This document shows positions 46,393 to 58,541 of a stretch of 64,000 bases of DNA, piece by piece. The first letter of the stretch is position 1, and the number at the start of each line of letters is the position of its first letter. The notes beneath the pieces were generated by a model that saw only the letters and a list, made by a program, of their open reading frames with translations, was not told the DNA's origin and searched no databases. Both the position numbers and the translations under genes were made by a program. This DNA comes from Sphagnum compactum (taxonomy: Eukaryota), in NCBI GenBank assembly GCA_965153455.1, contig OZ234494.1, positions 12,214,001 to 12,278,000 of the forward strand, given 5' to 3'.

Positions 46393-46545
46393 GCTTAACG
46401 AGCTTTGTCCGGACATTGAATAGCCCCCTAATCAGCTCTGTCCGGACATTGAATAACCCATAACAAGCTCTGTCCGCACGCTAAATACCCCTATCGAGCT
46501 CTCTCCGGACATTAAATACCCCCTAACAAGCTCTGTCCGCATGCT
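46393..46545. repeat. About 31-bp tandem repeat (AGCTCTGTCCGGACATTGAATACCCCTAACA-like), about 5 copies
   Basis: AGCT(C/T)T(G/C)TCCG cores recur at roughly 30-33 bp spacing. Confidence 0.88.
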
Positions 46546-46691
46546 TTAAACATTTCACCATCCCTCCTCTTCTTTCCTAAAGTCCATCACCTGTCTATCA
46601 CCCCCAAGGCTCAAACTATGTTACTACTCCAAAAGCTTAGAATTTGCTAGAATGGTTTAGGGTTTAAGCACTCAAGACTCAAGAACTTTCA

Positions 46692-49600
46692 GCTACGGTT
46701 TGCCAAGCCCTTGCAGCTAGCTGAATCACAGATGTTACAAGTTCTCTATTTTAGTTTTTTAGGGTTCATGAGATTTGCAAATCATAATTCACAATGCTGA
46801 AACTTGAAAGCCACGATGTTCAATGACTCATTGATTTGTTTTGTCCATTGAAAAAACTTTATCATTGAACAACAAACTACAGCTATTGACATACACATGG
46901 GATTTTGGGTATCAGGATTTGGCACTTGTTGTACTATTTCAATCGTTATTGATCAAATACAAGGTGCACTGTGATTTTGGGTTTATGAAGCTACTCCAAG
47001 ACTTGCTTAGGTATGTGAACAACCTTTCTAAATTATGTATGGTGTAAGTTCTATATTTTTGAGTTGATGTTTGATTTCTTAGATTCAAACTTCGTGTGTT
47101 CATCAGGTTTTTTGGCTTTGTGATTTAATGTTCAATTGTTAATTGAGTTCATTAGTTTTTGGTTTTGCAAGTTACTATTCGATTTCATGGGTTTGCACAT
47201 TTTCTAGGTTTTTTGTGTGTTTGAATTCGTCAATTTTTGGCTTCATGAATTAGTATTTGATAGTCTAGTTTTGTTAATTTTTGGATTCATGTTTTGTTGA
47301 GGTTTTTTGACTTTGTAGGTTCCCTGAGGTTTTTCTCATTTTACCAATGGTGGTGGGTGTTAAATGGTAACTGCAAGGTGCATTTGGATTTTCTTCTTTT
47401 GATTTTGGGCATTCAAATTAGTGGTGGTTGTTGGTTGGTCATGGCAAGTTATGATTTGATGTTTTTGCTTAAGCCCCTCAATTTTAAGTTCAAATATTTC
47501 TATAGCTCATAAAATTCCAATGATGGCATTTCTTTATTTACATATGATATGGCTTCCAATAGCAAAGGTGAGGCTCAGTCTATGCATCAGCTTGCTACTT
47601 TAAAAATTAAACAATTTGCCACTCCCATTGAAATACTTGTGATTTGTTTGAATCCTTCAAATGAATCTCGAGCAAAATCTCTTAGTATTGATTCCACAAA
47701 GAGGTGGTGGAAGTTTTGGATCAGAATTTGTCGCCACCAAAAATCAATAAGACCCAAGCTTATAAATCAAAAAGAAAGTTTCAGGTTTCTTGGGCAACCA
47801 AGTTGCCTTAGGTTGACTTGCAAGTGGAGTTTGATGGCTTTGTGCACATTATAAAGTGCAAAAATTGTTCAAGGATTGAACATTAAGACAAACTTTTGGT
47901 TCAAAAATGGCATTCATTGCAAAAACATGTTGGTTGAAAGAAAATTAACAGACCTACGAAAGGGGTGAAGAAAGGGGAATGGTATACTGGTAATGATTGT
48001 AAGCACAACAAAAATCAAACCATGTATGCTTCTAAAAGGCGAGAATCTATTTTGCAACAAGTTTCTAATGGGTTGGTTGGTGAAAAACATAGGAAATTAG
48101 TCCAATTTGATACATTGTTTCACACTTGGTTACATTTTGTTTTTCAAGGGACTAGCTCAAGTGTTACTTGGCAAATTTCTGATGCTTGGACTTCACATTC
48201 CATTGGGGTTCATTATATGGCCCATAAAACCAATCTAGCAATTCAAACTTTGTTGCACTTGCAAATGGTTATCAAACTTGAAGGTTTGTTTTATACCTTG
48301 TACAACTATTTTTCCAATAGCCTTAAAAGGCATTTGGAATTCACAAAGCTTGCAAAGCTTATGGAAACCAAAAGGGTTAAGATTTTGAAGAATGTAAGAA
48401 CCCATTGGATTTCTATGTTGTCACCTACTTGACGTGTTATGGTACATATAGAACTTTGCTAATGAAAATGGCCTTTGATGCACCTACTAATGAGAAGGAA
48501 AATGTAAACTTTGACCTTTTTTGTAATGTGTAGGTTTTATTAAAGCTTGTTCACATCTTGCCATTGTTGCAATCAATTCACAATTTTGATTAAGTTCAGC
48601 TAATTGCAAAATGTTTTCATTTGTGATTTTGTGGTAGCACAAAAGTGTGTCAAAGGGAGATTTATGAATTATACACAGACTTGAACACGAGGTTCAAATC
48701 TGATGGTTTTGAAGGTTATAAAACTTTATTGAATTTTAAACATGATTCCATAATCATGTGCGGTGGATGATAGATTTGAACACGGGCACAGAACATTTGG
48801 CATTTGATGTGAACCAACAACACATGTGGGCTATTCATTTGAATCTACACAATAATGAAGTTTTTTATGTCACAAGGGAGGTTTATGCTACAGTCATCAC
48901 ACAAGTGGAAGCAAGATGCAAAATAAAGTATCCCCCTTGTCATTTTGTCTATTTCAACTTTATCCATTGAATAATTTGAATTCTGGAGTTTGTTCTGTTA
49001 CATTGAATTGAATGTGACAATTTGAGTTTATAGGGGCTGCTAACTTCCATATTGCATAATTACGAGGGAGATTCCTTGTTCATGGAATCATGGATAGTCT
49101 AGTTGTGGTATACCCACAATATGAGTTGCAATTTGATGTAAAAAAAAAGTTTTAAGAAGCACTTGGATGTGATTAAGATAACTTTTTGCCACCCCTAGAA
49201 ACTAACTGCTAATGATACTTGGGTGCCTAAAGTTTTGTTCTATCCGTAGAATCCCTTGACATTCAGCAATTTATGTTCAAGTTGGCCATGAAATCAAATG
49301 TTTATACAACCATGGTTAAGCCTCTCAATGTGAATCATTTAACACGGTTCTAGCGCATTCTTTCAACATCCAAAATACTTGTTTACACATTTTTTGAATA
49401 CTTCAAGTCAGTTGAGATTGCCATGGTACAAATGTTTGGTAGCATAGAGGATTAGCGGTGCTTCAGTTCTTTTGGCATTCTGCAAATCCCAATTATGCAA
49501 TAGACGCACTACCAACCCAAGTTTAACAGTTAGAACGTTTTCCCAAAAGTTTTATACTCTTCATAATTTCCTATATGCTTTTGTATACGAGGAATGGTGC

Positions 49601-50154
49601 GCAGAACATTCTCAATATGGTGTGGGAGTTCAGATTTAAAGCTCTTGACTTTGGGTAAAGCAATTTACCCAATTTTAATCCACTACATTTTTTGTTGGTT
49701 GGTTTTCTAGTTTTTTGGGTAAGTGAAGTTGGTGATCCAAACGGATATCACTTCTTGTTCAACCTTATTTGTTGCTCTTCTATTGTAATTTGTGACTTGA
49801 AGGTGGTTTTGTATTGAACTAATTTATTTGTTTTTGTAGACAAGACACTTGTGCTATAGTGGGCAGTTTAAAAGGTTCAATCCCTTCACAAGTAATATAA
49901 AGTCTCCATGATTTACTGAAAGGTAGCCTAGATTTCCCTTGTGAAAACTGATAGTTGTAGCCAAAACTCTTACAACCATCTAACACTTGTAGCTAGAATT
50001 AGCCACTTTTAAGAAAACTAAATCACCTAACAAAACTCCATTCCCCTCTAATCTTAGGCAAAAAAATCCCTTGAATTTATTTTATAAGCCTGGTGGACTC
50101 CAACTCATTCCAACCACTGGCCAGCCTAACAATAGGAAGGCTTGAAACAGTAGC
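46692..50154 (+). mobile_element. Degenerate hAT-superfamily (ZNF862-like) transposon; transposase remnants about 47800-49620, ends tentative
   Basis: IKCKNCS...LQKHVG zinc-finger-like piece, GVHYMAHKTNLA (CxxH-like), YFSNSLKRHLEF, KNVRTHWISML (TRW-like) and IAMVQMFGSIED*RCFSSL (hAT dimerisation domain) with many stops and frameshifts. Imperfect inverted ends at 46692-46712 and 50137-50154. Confidence 0.8.
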
Positions 50155-50189
50155 CAAATGTCATATTTGTCGAAGAAAAAAGAAACATG

Positions 50190-50260
50190 GCTCCAGACAT
50201 TAAATATCTCCCTAACAAGCTCCGTCAGCATGCTACATATCCCTATCAAACTCTATCCAG
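50190..50260. repeat. Diverged continuation of the 31-bp repeat family seen at 46393-46545
   Basis: CTCCAGACATTAAATATCTCCCTAACAAGCTCCGTCAGCATGCT aligns with CTCCGGACATTAAATACCCCCTAACAAGCTCTGTCCGCATGCT (46503-46545). Confidence 0.8.
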
Positions 50261-51803
50261 GCCTCAATCTGGTGTCACATCGCAAGGAGTCACACTGTTC
50301 TGTCTAATGGTTGTAGTGGTATGACTTTACTTTTCAGTTGTGACTTTATAAGAGAATTATGTAAGATAGAGAGATGATTGAGGTGCGATCATGATCTGCT
50401 ATTCTGAAATTGTCAATACTCTTTTGTAGATTTAGTGAAGCATTTTCAGTTGAGTTCATAAGAGAATATGAGAGAGAAAACAAGTGTGATGATGATGAGC
50501 TTTGTACACAAATTTCTAACACTGTTTCAATCTTTCTACTACAATACATGGAATGCAGGAATTGGGTATCCGACGGTTCTTGAGAATTCGTAGATGAAAT
50601 GCCAGAGATTGGGTACAGGACATTTCTTGATAGGGAAATGTTGAAATTCAACTCTTGTCTTTAAAAGTGTGCTTCTCGGTCTACTACATCCTTCTGGTCA
50701 GTATCCTTCATTCTGCAGCTTCATTTCAGCACAGATTATTTTTCTCTTGACATGGTTTTTCTCAGCTGTTCTTCAGAAGCTCACTAGAGAGAATTGAATC
50801 TCAAATAGATATGAGCTCTTAGCAGAAATGGAGGAATCTTTGTGCAGTTGCATTTCAAATTCATGTAATTAAATCTGCAAGCAGAAGAGGAGCAAGTCTG
50901 CAGTTGAGGTGTAGTAGTATTTTCCTGCACATTATGTAAGTAAGCTCCAAAACAATATTTCAGGATGCAGATCCATTGAGACACATACTGCATCCTACAC
51001 ATTATTTCCCAAATTCTTTCATTCAATTCAGGTCTAGGGACTACAGACCCAAAATAGACAGTACAAGCTCTAGAACTAAAATGCTTGCTTGTAGACCCAA
51101 GGCTCCAGAAATCCATCCATCAACCAGTTCAACTCAGCCTTTCTGACAAATAAATGAGATGCTGGATATTGAACTGCAATTTGTGGATTTTTTTTTTGTC
51201 TTTCTGCTTCTTTTCGTATTTGTGGATTGTTTTTTAGTCTTTCTGCTTCTTTTCATATAGCCTCGTTACTTGAAGGTTTTCCCTCAGTTTTGTGCTGTAG
51301 GTTCCAATGGCTGATCAGGTTTGTGTTTGCAGAATTGGAAGAGCTCACATGGCAAAAACCTCATCCACCAAAACCACATTCTGCACAAGTTACCTTCTTT
51401 GTGGGATCAATCTCGGAAGATCTTGTGTTTAACAAATCATTACATGGTTCTTATTTGAAATTTAGGCTTAAAGGATCTCACATACACCCTTTAAATTTGC
51501 CCAAAAACCCAAAGTGCTTGAACGTGACCATAACTTGTGTTTCCTTTCTTTTGAAGAGATGTTTTCAAATATAAATGAAATGTTAAATTACTCCAATCCA
51601 AATATAAATGCTAACTCAAATATCATTTTTTTCCATTTTGAGGTATGGACAAATTAATCAAGTTGCAATTTTTTTTCTTTTAACTTGCAACAAGAATCAC
51701 AATTCAATGTTCTATGATTAGATGGTGCTTTGATTACAAACTTGTAACTAGTTGATTTGTTAGGAATAACTGATTAATCACAAATTTATTTTGTTGTCAT
51801 AAC

Positions 51804-52708
51804 TAGTGTTCATGGTTCTCACTAGGATCCCGTATTCTTAGACCGATTTTCACAATGAAAGTCTGACTAGTATCACATTTGGTGATAACCAGCTAGAGAA
51901 TCGGATCGATGATTCTCATCCAAGTGAGAATCAGGTTATTGAGAATTGATTCCTTTGTTTTTAAAAATAAAATAAAAAACTGAGCTGATTCTATGAGAGA
52001 ACCAAAATCTAATTCTCAAGGCAATAATTAAACTGCATGATTTGTTTATGTTAATTTAGGTTTTGATTTAAGTTAGTTTAGTGAGGAGGAGCAAGACGCA
52101 TTGAAAGGCGCCATCCCAACATATAAAAACCCCATTGCGTTCTTAGTTGCTCTATTACATTGTTGGTTGGTCTTCTTTCATGCTGCTAATGGCTATTTCT
52201 TTGCGGTTGATGGTAGTTGATTCATCACATTGCTCTATGGCCCTTTGCATTGTCTGGTCACTATTTCATCATGTTGTTTCCTCTTTTGCTCTATCATGTT
52301 GCATGGTTGTTCCTTCAATGTCTTGCTAGTGCTACTCCATCATAGTGTTGCACTAGTTGTTTGGTTATTACTCCATCGTCACATTGTTTGTTATGCCCCA
52401 TTGCATTGATGGTGTTGTGTTGTCATGTTGTTGGTGCTACCTTGTTGCACTATTGGTATTACTTTGTCAAAATTAACTAATTTGATATTCGGATGGTGAA
52501 AACTAAATATGAAATTGACTATTACCACATTTGTGAAAACCATAGTGTTTGAAAATTGGTTTGATGTTTAAAAAATTATTGTGATACTTTAATTAATTCT
52601 CATAATTTTATAATATATATATATATATAAGGAACCAAGTTGATTTTCTTAAATGTTGATAATTGAAACCGACGATTCTCATCACAAAAAAAAGAACCAC
52701 CAACACTA
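51804..52708. mobile_element. Non-autonomous hAT element, 905 bp, 16-bp TIRs, 8-bp target-site duplication
   Basis: Left TIR TAGTGTTCATGGTTCT; right end AGAACCACCAACACTA (14/16 match); identical GTCATAAC at 51796-51803 and 52709-52716; GAGAATC-like subterminal motifs. Confidence 0.9.
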
Positions 52709-53749
52709 GTCATAACTACCCGTTGTTGTAATTTGTGGTATTTGACATTTGATTATTACATTGCTTATTCTTTGAGCTATCTATAGTGTGCATTGTCTTT
52801 AAAGTTTTCATAATTTTTTATTTTTAATCCTCTCCTTGTAATATTATTTTTAACTAGTGGTCAATTCAATTTCAGATCTCCTTCTTGTAGGTTAGCAATT
52901 CAAAAAGTTATATAATGATGATTATTAATGATTTCATTCTATGCATGACATTTTATTATTGTAAGCTTGAAATGACTTTTTTAAATCATCTTGTTTGGTT
53001 TTCCTTTTTTGTAATAATTTTATAGTTGAGACGGAAGGGTTACTACAATGGCCCATTAAAAATACCTTATATACACCCCATAAGGCATGGCTGGCACGTA
53101 TCTTTTAGATTTTTTGACAATTTCAAAAATTAATTAATTAGTGGCTAACCAGGCAATGTGTACCACACATGGGAGGCACATGGGTAGAACGGCTAGTGAA
53201 CGAAACATATAAGCGCTCAGGGCAGGCTGGATCCAAGGGGAGGGCTCCATTGTTTTTGGTGTCCAAACAAGATTTGAACACCTCTTCTTGGCGCATCTGA
53301 TGCAATGAAAATTGTCAAAAACAGATTTGAAATGAGAAAGTTACGGTCCCCTCAAAGTAGATGGGCTCAAGAACTACTAAAAGAAACAAACCACAGTACA
53401 CTACAAATTCAATTCCCGAACACCCAAAAAATTCATTGTATGTTGCTCTGTTGTTACTATAGTTCCAAGACAATTTGTAAAACTGTAGGTGACACTCCTA
53501 TAGCACTTTAAATTGTTTAAAATAAATAAGAAATGTGAAAGTTAGAAGCTTTGAAAGTAAGAGGGGTCCAAAGAGAAGAAAAAAAGAAAAAAAATTGCAT
53601 TTTGAAAGTTAGACAAAAAAAAATAAAAAATTCTTGTTATTTTTTCATTACTCGTTTTGTTTTGCATTTCAAAGATGATTTCTAAAGCTTGAAGTAGTGC
53701 TCCCATAACATTTTAAATCACTCAAAATGAAGCACAGATGACCACAATT

Positions 53750-53993
53750 TTATTTAAATCAAAGCTGAAAAATTATAAGGGAATTTGGACATGCTCTTGA
53801 TATTGTTGGAAACCCTCACTGAATAGGATTTAATGAAAGTGATACAGAAAATTTTAGACCTAAGCTAATGAAGATATTGAATATTGAGTTTTTCTATCAT
53901 TGAAAATTCAATTAAATTACAAAAAAATGGTTTTGGGAGGAAAATTAGTTAGATAACCAATTTCCACTTGGGTCAATAGCATAGGCTACATCA
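53750..53993 (+). mobile_element. Dispersed AT-rich repeat, copy 1 (possible Helitron 3' end)
   Basis: Aligns with about 56120-56362 (TAAATCAAA.CT.AAAATT, GGGAATTTGG, TAGGATTTAATGAAAGTGAT, AAATTCAATTAAA, GATAACCA). Confidence 0.55.
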
Positions 53994-56119
53994 ATCATGG
54001 TTATTGATGAAAATAATGGGAAAATCTAATTTGGCTATCTCCATCATAATTAACAATAGAAAGTGGTCATTTAGACTCAATATTCTTTTGTCAATTTTGT
54101 GATGTAGCTAGAGTGGTGATTGTCAATAGGAAAAATTAAGAAACTTTAATGTTTTTATTTTGGCTACCTACTTGAATACTTGAAGCATGTATAGAACTCA
54201 TGTGATTATTCTTCAAAAAATTTCAAAATTTTCCAATTAAAAACATATGAAATCAATTCATGTTAGCATTATTTAACCCACATTTTAGCAAAAAAATTCC
54301 AATAAAAAAAAGGCTAGTTAGACCTTATTGTGGGGTTATTTATGGCAAATTTCTATTTGTTTTTCAACTTCATTTCCTTTGTACAAGTAGAAATAAAACA
54401 TTTAAAGTCAAAATTTTGGCAAAAGACTCCCCCATAAAGAAACTTTGCACTCATCCTATGAGCCATATGCCATGTTTTTTTTTTGCGTATTCCGCCTTTT
54501 ATGCAATGGACTTTTAGTGTACACCTTGTCCACATTTTATAATTTGCCTTCATCTTTTTTTGAAAGTTCCAAATACTTGTGACATTATTTTAATAACAAT
54601 ATAAGAAAGAGAGGTGCATAAAGAAGAAAAATCAAACAATTTTTGGGAACAACAACCTATGTGTAGTTCCTAATCATAAATGTACAAGAAATTTGGTTTG
54701 GGGTAGATGGAGGTGGGGAGAATAGACAAAAAGAAGGAGGTAAAAGAAGTCCTAGACAACTTGGTGACTACACATGTGCTTTTTCCTTGCCAAATGTCAC
54801 AAACACAAGCAAACACTTAAAAGAGGAAACAAGTTTGAAAAATATGAAACTCTATTCACAAGCATGATGGGAATGCATGGAAAGTGTTCCTCCATGGAAG
54901 GTCACACACCACATGGTTTCTTGGACCACTTACCATGATTTGGAGTTTGTGGAACAAAGCCAAAATCTTGGACTAGGTAGTCTTGGAAAGTGGACCTAAT
55001 GGGCCAAATCTTTCACAAATAAGCAAAGGTTCAAGAATCTACCAAGTTAGGATATCATTTGATAGGCATCCAACTAGGTATTACATGGAGGTGCCATCCA
55101 TTTTGTGTAAGCCATTGGATGGATGGGACCTACAACATTGCAATTCTCACTTGTATTTGGGTGGACATTCAATTTGCAACCAAAGCCCTTGACTAGTTGA
55201 CCAAACCCATCACAAAAAAATTATGTTTTCCAAAGCCATCTTTATCCTTCTTATTATCTTCACCCAAAAAGAAGAAAGTAAGTCTCTGTTGAAGGCAAAA
55301 ATCTAAATGGGTTGACCAATAAGTTTTGCTTTGCACTTTTGAAGCTTTTTTCAAATGAGGGGAAAATAATATAAAATGAGTGTGAAGGCTTTTGTTTAAA
55401 TTAATGGTTGTGATGTATTTGAGCAATTGACTACTATAGTAGCTTAGGGTCAAATTCCACACAGACAAAAACCAATAAATTATTAATTGGTTTTTATAAA
55501 TTCGAAACTATTATGATTTTCATGATCTATTATGATATTGTCATAATTTCTGATTGTAGCTTTGAAATAGTTGTGATGGTTCTCAACACTTTAGTTCCGT
55601 ATTTTTTCATGAAAATTTATGTCATTCTTTAAAGATTAGCACAACACTCATCAACAAAAAAAGGGTTCCAAAGTTCACTTGACCATGATGACTATTGCCC
55701 ATTTAATTGCAATTCACCGTCATTGCAATTTACAAGCTTTCATGTCTATTTTTGAGAAATTTTTGTTCACAATTCCAAAAGAATAATATTTCTAAAAAAA
55801 AAATTCACATCTTATCTCATAATTATCTATTTATGAAGGAAGGTTGTTTGTTTTGTATGTTTTATTTGTTTGTCATGCTTAAGGTCTCCCAATCCATAGG
55901 GAGTTTAGGATAAAAGTTACAATCTTAAAGGTAAAGTTTAAAGGTAAACTTACATTAAAATAGAGCTCTAGGGTTAAAGGTTTAGAGCCTTTTGACTTGC
56001 TCCTCATATTGTTGGAACGCCCTCATTGAGTAGGGATGCACCAAGTTGATTTCATAATGTTTCAACCTACGCGACGACGCTGGAGAAGTTATTGAATATT
56101 GAATAAATTTTCACTAAAA

Positions 56120-56362
56120 TTCATCTAAATCAAAACTAAAAATTAAATGGGAATTTGGTCATACTCTTTGGAAAGCCCTTGGTGAGTAGGATTTAATGAA
56201 AGTGATTTTTAAAAAAAATTGAACCTAAGTTAGGTGCAAGAGATATTGAAATTTGCGTATTTTTTGTAATTGGGAAATTCAATTAAAATCCCAAAAAAAC
56301 TGATTTTCAAAAGAAACAATTAATTGGATAACCACTTGCACCATCAGCACATGCTACTCTAG
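56120..56362 (+). mobile_element. Dispersed AT-rich repeat, copy 2 (possible Helitron 3' end)
   Basis: Direct repeat of 53750-53993; ends AGCACATGCT-ACT-CTAG followed by T, resembling the Helitron subterminal hairpin plus CTRR terminus. Confidence 0.55.
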
Positions 56363-58072
56363 TGTTAGGTGATTTTTGAAGTGGACGTGCTCACACACCG
56401 TACAAAGAAAAACATGTATTTATCAATCACATTAAGTTGAAGTTCATCAAATTTACAAACAACATATGACTCACAATTGGATCACATGTAGTTAAACAAT
56501 TTGTTCAAACATAAACATAAACATTACACATTTTTTACAATGTTTGCTTTGGGGCAAGATGAGAATGGCCAAGGTGAAAAATATTTGAGGGCCCATTTCT
56601 TCTATTTATGGTTAGGAAGAAGACTTGCAAGTTATTTTGCCATTGAAGATACCCCAGCCTACTCTTCTTCATAAATAGAAAAATGAATGAAGATGCTGAG
56701 CCCTATGGTCACAATGAATCAGCCCAAGTCCCTTGCAGGATTCCCTGCCATGTTTTGTTTGTTTGTTTGTTGTGTTTTCCTTTTTTAGGAGCCCCGGAGT
56801 GCCCAGGGGAGGCAAGAGACTAAGAAGAAGAAGAAGAAGAACATGGCTGTTTGTTTGTTGGTAGAAGGACAAGGTGTTAGGGTTTAGGGTTTACCCTAGT
56901 AACTTTTTGCTACATAACCCAAGCAAAATTAGTATGTCATTTTTGTTGGTAGGGGCCACAGCTTTCCCCAACTTTTTTATTTCATTTTAGGGTGACTTTC
57001 ACAACCCGACACTTTGTCATTCAATTGAATTAAGTCCTTACTCCATGGGGTGTTAAAATTCATCAACAAAGACGTTGGACTATAATATAAGGTTCGCATC
57101 AAATTGAACCCCCTGCCCTATCCCCAAAAAAAAAAAAAAAAAACCCCCAAACCCCTCCAATTGTCCTAAATAAATCCTTTGGTAATGGTTGGCAAATTGC
57201 CATCTTCCATTTACGGCAAGATGATTTGAAAATGAAGTACCTTACTAGATACCCACTTAAATTTTTTGAAAATAAAAATCCTTATTAGGTATCACTAATT
57301 TTATTTTATTTTGAAAATAATTTAAACCTTCGTAGGACCACTTGAATTTGTTTAGGATTATATACCCTATTTTGGGTGGGTGACAATAGTTTTAAGTTTT
57401 AGCAAGGTTCGTAACTAGGGCTGCAAATTGTTAGGAAATGAAAAGAATATGTCAAAAAGAGAACAAACAAAAAGGGAAGTCCATAAGTTTCAACTAAACT
57501 TTTTGGCCCGTCAACCCCCTCTCTCTCAAGCCTCTTTTTGGACAAGTCACTACTCACAAGCAATTTGAAAGGCCCCAAAAAAAAGAAAAAAAAAGATTTT
57601 TGACCATCAAAACAAGTGCAATCGAAACAAAAGGGTCTATTGCATGGAAAAAGGAAGAAGAAAATAGTCCGCTAAAAAAAATTATAATAAAACGGTACCC
57701 ATATTACTAAATGAAGGGCAATGGTCAAATTGAAATGCAAAATGAAAACCAAATTGTCACAGAATTTTTATTTATTTTTTAAATGATAAACCCATCAAAA
57801 TACACCAGCCCTCTCCCTCCCTAAAATTTGGGTAAAGCCCCCAATTGTAGCGGGTCCTGACAAACACAGGCACTGAAAAGGTAGGTAATAAATCGCAGAG
57901 TAAAAACAATTCATTCTTACTACGGGTGGACAAGTGGTCGGAGGAACCGACCCACGTGTAACTCTCCGATTGGCAGAGAGTAAAAAAAATTCTACTTTGC
58001 TTTTATTTCTATTTACTTACTTTTAAGTTCGACGGACGAGAACCGAAGCAAACGACAAACAGGACCAAAAAT

Positions 58073-58372
58073 ACGACGAAGAAGACGAGGAAGCGAACAA
58101 CGTCGGACAAGACGAGGAGAATGAACGACGGCGGAGAGAACGAGGAAGTGGACGACATCGGAGAAGGCGAGGACGATGAACGACGGCGGAGAAGACGAGG
58201 AGGACGAAAGGGGCGGAGAAGTGGAGGAGGATGAACGACGGCGGACAAGACGAGGAAGTCGAAAGAGGCCGGGAAGTCGAGGAGGATGAACGACGGCGGA
58301 GAAGACGAGGAAGTGAACGACAACGGAGAAGACGAGGAAGATGAAAGAGGCGGACAAGACGAGGACGATGAA
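58073..58372 (+). repeat. Purine-rich 55-bp tandem repeat (27/28-bp subunits) upstream of the LRR gene
   Basis: ATGAACGACGGCGGA at 58121, 58176, 58231 and 58286, and ATGAAAGAGGCGGA at 58341 (exact 55-bp period). Confidence 0.9.
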
Positions 58373-58541
58373 TCTGGAAGCAAGCGAGCCAGCGAGCAAG
58401 TAACGCTTGCATGTGAGCTGCTTGAGGTACGCGCTGTGTGTGTATGAGAGAGAGAGAGAGAGAGAGAGGAGGCGGAGAGAGAGGGAGACGGGACGGGACG
58501 GAAGGAAGAGAAGGAGGAGGAAGGAGAACAGACAATCATGA

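Noticed and set aside
46393-46545. CRISPR-like appearance of the 31-bp array
   Set aside because: Head-to-tail minisatellite without spacers.
50300-51600. Short ORFs and splice-like signals right of the hAT relic
   Set aside because: No coherent gene model or recognisable protein; cannot be supported from sequence alone.
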